64,000 nucleotides of DNA, from the NCBI GenBank assembly GCA_950097015.1, contig CATNEN010000003.1:15562001-15626000 (forward strand). Direction: 5' to 3'. Below are positions 61,601 to 64,000 of the stretch, one piece after another. The stretch comes from Macrostomum hystrix. Taxonomy: Eukaryota > Animalia > Platyhelminthes. A program made the position numbers and the translations under genes. The first letter of the stretch is position 1, and each line of letters begins with the position of its first letter. The notes under the pieces were generated by a model, which ran no database searches, had not been told where the DNA came from, and was given only the letters and a program-made list of their open reading frames with translations.

Positions 61601-64000
61601 GTTTGATGCGGAACCAACTTCCGTTTAGTCTGGCGTGTACCTCATAGGTACTTGAGTTTGAACAGTGACCCAAAGTGAGAACTGGTTCTCCCAGCTGTGG
61701 ATCTGAGCACAGACTCACGCTAGACTGGTTTTCTGGTTGAGCACGGCTGAAGTAAAGAACAGATACTCCACTAGGGCCAGATCCGTGAGCAGTCACTGAG
61801 TGCACTGAGGTCTTGAGCTCACTAAGAACGGTGCGCACTGGTCGAATTGGGACTGTCAGCACCGGCAGCTGGTACACTGAGCAGGTGCAGGTGTGCACGC
61901 AGACGAATTCTGATAGTGGCTCTAAAGGCTGTTCCAACCATTCAGATTTACCATTTTCTTTAAGTATTGTTTCCAGAAACTCATTAAATCTTTTGTCTCT
62001 TTCATTTGGTTCACACCCATTATTTTTTTCTGAATTTTGCCAGTAGTGTGGCCATACCTTGGCAAGAAGTTCAACTGAGTCATGGAGGTGTGAGAGAAGT
62101 TTACTTTGCTGACCCTCAGAAGTTGGCTGTTCTTTTTTGTTATCGCAAACTAATAGTTCAATATATTCCCAATCTTTCCAATCCAACTTTACTTTGCCAT
62201 CATATGCCGTTTCAAATCGATCAATATACCCAAGCAAACTCCAACTTTGCGCCTGACAATTCAATGAACGAGAATGCCCTTTCTCTTTTTCAGGCAATCT
62301 TTCGCTGGGGCAATTATAGGCAATCCCGAATTCTTTACTTAGTGGACTCGTCTCATCGTCTTTGTCCAAAGCTCGAGTCCGTCTTGACAACAGGGCCAGC
62401 AAAGAAATTTTGAGCTGCTCGTCCCACCTTTGAGCTGGTTGCTGCTGACTGTCACCTTGCTGAGCTGGTTGCTGCTGACTGTCACCTTGCTGAGCTGGTT
62501 GCTGCTGACTGTCACCTTGCTGAGCTGGTTGCTGCTGATTATCACCTTGCTGAGCTGGTTGCTGCTGACTGTCACCTTGCTGAGCTGGTTGCTGCTGCTG
62601 ATGATCACCTTGCTGAGCTGGTTGCTGTTGATTGTCACCTTGTTGAGCTGGTTGCTGTTGATTGTCACCTTGCTGAGCTGGTTGCTGCTGAAGGTTGAGA
62701 AGACTGTTGAGAGTTTGCTCTATGTCGTGGCATCCAGAATCTTCAACGAAGCGAACCACAGTGAAGCTTGGATACTTCTGAACTTCACAGGAACGTTTTT
62801 GACAGCATTTTGAACCACCCTGCAGCTCATCACGCATATGCTTATCCTCAGTTAAATGCCTATCGAAGATGTGTTCTCTAAGCCAAGTTTTGTTGATGAT
62901 GTCAGGTCCGTTCGAAAAAAACTCGGATCTTAAAGACTTAATCGCAGGCTGCTGTTGGTGACCTTGCTGTTGGGTCCACTCCACTTCACAATTTCGTTCG
63001 CAGCAACAGCAGGAAAAATTTTGTAGTAGTGCGACAACTTCTAGGAACTTCTGATGCTGATTCTGATGCTGATTCTGATTCTGGCTCTGATTCTGATTCT
63101 GATGCTGATTCTGATTCTGATTCTGATGCTGATTCAAAATGGACTTTAAGAGTGCCAGTAAAGTCTTCAGACGGTTAGTAAATTGCACTTTATTGCCTGT
63201 CAAAAGTTTTAGAAGTTGCTGCTGAAAGTTTTCTGCATGACATTGCGTCGTTTGCTCTCCTGTCGTGTCTGAAGATTCTGCGCGGTGAGGTTCAGGCTCT
63301 TCAAGCTTGGCAAAAATGACGAGTTCTACCGAAGTTTGAAAATTATTGGTCCCTTCTATCACAAACTTCTTAGACTCATTGTAAAAAAGTCGCTGCCACT
63401 GATCTTCCACTTTCAGAATGACATCAATTAATTCTTTTCTACTCTCAGTTCGAGAAGTCACGGCCATCAGTGGCTCTCCGAGCTGCTCATCCTTGCACAG
63501 CTCAGTCAGAGTTCTGCTCGCCACTTGACTTGGAGTTCTCACGAAGCGAACGACGGAGACGGCTCCTGCACTGCCGACGTCAACTTTGCGCGCATTTTGG
63601 AAACTCGGCCCTAAACACTTCTTCTGCAGTTTCTGAAGCTCCTGGAACGTTGTCCGCACTGGACGGAGGTTCACCGTGAAGATCTGGTCGTCTAGATTCG
63701 CTGGCCGAGCCGAGGACTTGGTGGTTTCTAGACTGCTCGCTTGAGCAGCAACTGATGATGGCGGCTGACTATCCAGAAGCTGCTGCAGCAGTCGGTTCTG
63801 TCTGCCTCTCTCAACAGCCAAAGCAAACTGCCTGCTCTTGCTTTGCACATGCTGCAGCAGGGCAGTGACCGGTCCTTGAAGCATTTTCTGGTCTCCGCCA
63901 CTTGACCCCATCGACTGCATCGAGTCGAGCAGTTCGCAGAGCAGGCTGTCCAGACTCCCAGGCAGGCAGGTGGGCTCCATCAGCCTCATCCAGTGCAGCG
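58620..64000 (-). CDS. Paralogous giant gene copy 2 (USP-like array portion; 5' end beyond the window)
   Basis: 1789+ aa open frame, near-identical to copy 1 from [10 protein letters not shown] onward, with module-scale indels. Confidence 0.8.
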   Translation of the reverse strand, partial: LHWMRLMEPTCLPGSLDSLLCELLDSMQSMGSSGGDQKMLQGPVTALLQHVQSKSRQFALAVERGRQNRLLQQLLDSQPPSSVAAQASSLETTKSSARPANLDDQIFTVNLRPVRTTFQELQKLQKKCLGPSFQNARKVDVGSAGAVSVVRFVRTPSQVASRTLTELCKDEQLGEPLMAVTSRTESRKELIDVILKVEDQWQRLFYNESKKFVIEGTNNFQTSVELVIFAKLEEPEPHRAESSDTTGEQTTQCHAENFQQQLLKLLTGNKVQFTNRLKTLLALLKSILNQHQNQNQNQHQNQNQSQNQNQHQNQHQKFLEVVALLQNFSCCCCERNCEVEWTQQQGHQQQPAIKSLRSEFFSNGPDIINKTWLREHIFDRHLTEDKHMRDELQGGSKCCQKRSCEVQKYPSFTVVRFVEDSGCHDIEQTLNSLLNLQQQPAQQGDNQQQPAQQGDNQQQPAQQGDHQQQQPAQQGDSQQQPAQQGDNQQQPAQQGDSQQQPAQQGDSQQQPAQQGDSQQQPAQRWDEQLKISLLALLSRRTRALDKDDETSPLSKEFGIAYNCPSERLPEKEKGHSRSLNCQAQSWSLLGYIDRFETAYDGKVKLDWKDWEYIELLVCDNKKEQPTSEGQQSKLLSHLHDSVELLAKVWPHYWQNSEKNNGCEPNERDKRFNEFLETILKENGKSEWLEQPLEPLSEFVCVHTCTCSVYQLPVLTVPIRPVRTVLSELKTSVHSVTAHGSGPSGVSVLYFSRAQPENQSSVSLCSDPQLGEPVLTLGHCSNSSTYEVHARLNGSWFRIKPAKEPDPFEQVFTAAADSKLLIDLVVFQKAQTHETGQSSSLIQDLKNLQNNINSKKNNNATKHMDSHQGVKYNQQQPAQQGDHQQQQPAQQGDHQQQPAQQGDHQQQPAQQGDHQQQPAQQGDHQQQPAQQGDHQQQPAQQGDHQQQPAQQGDHQQQPAQQGDHQQQPAQQGDHQQQPAQQGDNQQQPAQQGDRQQQQQQPAQEGDHQQQQPAEQGDSQKSAEQGDSQKPAQQGDHQQQQPAQQGDHQQQQPAQQGDSQKPAQQGDNQQQQPAQQGVRQKPAQKGQQQQTEIDPMKKLLDSLMKILKDATEPCERGSQLCHDKDLNGMLDFLNFILEKSMQPAVTTFHDKCLEHHSQDNCKCMPFLQLKPVNIVENKCNKCSNNTTECSNENCTEKREFSVLYRDRVRNRNGKNRDRVQNNNDNFGSPEIVVSHKGRNSTDGQYATFVRHSGIWYRILYGEVKQEDPYTNAEGFYIVIEVFKHSSTEATKETIDQLAKRLTPLAEYLGCSGYVNAIVQMLYWMRVKSDSFLAQSEVSKKLLKLLDAMDESKTKLESTLEVQQVLRSRQDQGQIPLDTELTAVECALYLISQMPSELAQRFLIIECDLRELLESRKKPRRSDINLASLQVDSQQLRGPVSIVCLNRQSSGEKCLAPVSLGSHPVMGSAFIAESRSRVSGRHVTSVLLEDGLWHRIDGARMIADKDPARSSEFDILLVAYRRPWTTADSLRTTADSIRKSSVETLRIIPGSLIHYCILRNNDDRAYTSAKDHKNVGYANCIAQMLYWMREKAAEPNDFLKDDQLGSEVLPLLNRMKQSGQESVSSLLSAVRQRQPSLFPVGQQCDCIEFLQELLKLVEFNEGVLTSFGEGQWFDRRTNEKKSRDWSTKVDEREGIIKGEFTIIAFERGAEMEKLFNKVNLEEDQTYGQPVIIVSHRGESMEEGHYVAYVKFSQEWHCIDDQKSGAQKKNPDQELDDIVLVVLQKKSDTTGHLTNV

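Larger units (their letters stand above)
56697..64000. repeat. Segmental duplication unit B
   Basis: caattcaccaaatagttgctaagggcagcc... continues colinearly with 25771 onward. Confidence 0.9.

Overview
Eukaryotic (animal) genomic DNA. Nearly every intron holds its own minisatellite, which suggests a flatworm such as Macrostomum (inference only). The first 25 kb has three conserved spliced genes: TMEM39 (+), RANBP9/10 (-) and NOC2L (+). From 25 to 64 kb lies an accessory, duplicated region dominated by an unusual intronless giant gene family. Its architecture is N-terminal Met-rich repeat, NERD/PD-(D/E)XK nuclease, SF1 (UvrD/Schlafen-type) helicase, then about six tandem minimal USP (peptidase C19)-like modules, of which only the last keeps a full Cys-His-Asp triad. 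Copy 1 (27562-37139, -) is split by a -1 frameshift inside the helicase. Copy 2 (58620 to beyond 64000, -) sits in a ~31 kb-offset segmental duplication and has exchanged USP modules. A third, inverted, doubly deleted relic lies at ~52.0-53.3 kb. Also present are hAT-type MITEs with 8-bp TSDs, tRNA-derived SINEs (one duplicated a TMEM39 splice acceptor, creating an AG|GT ratchet site), a decayed piggyBac, inverted retroelement-like fragments, an orphan TMEM26-like exon and many satellites. All domain assignments are by-eye motif recognition, not database searches.
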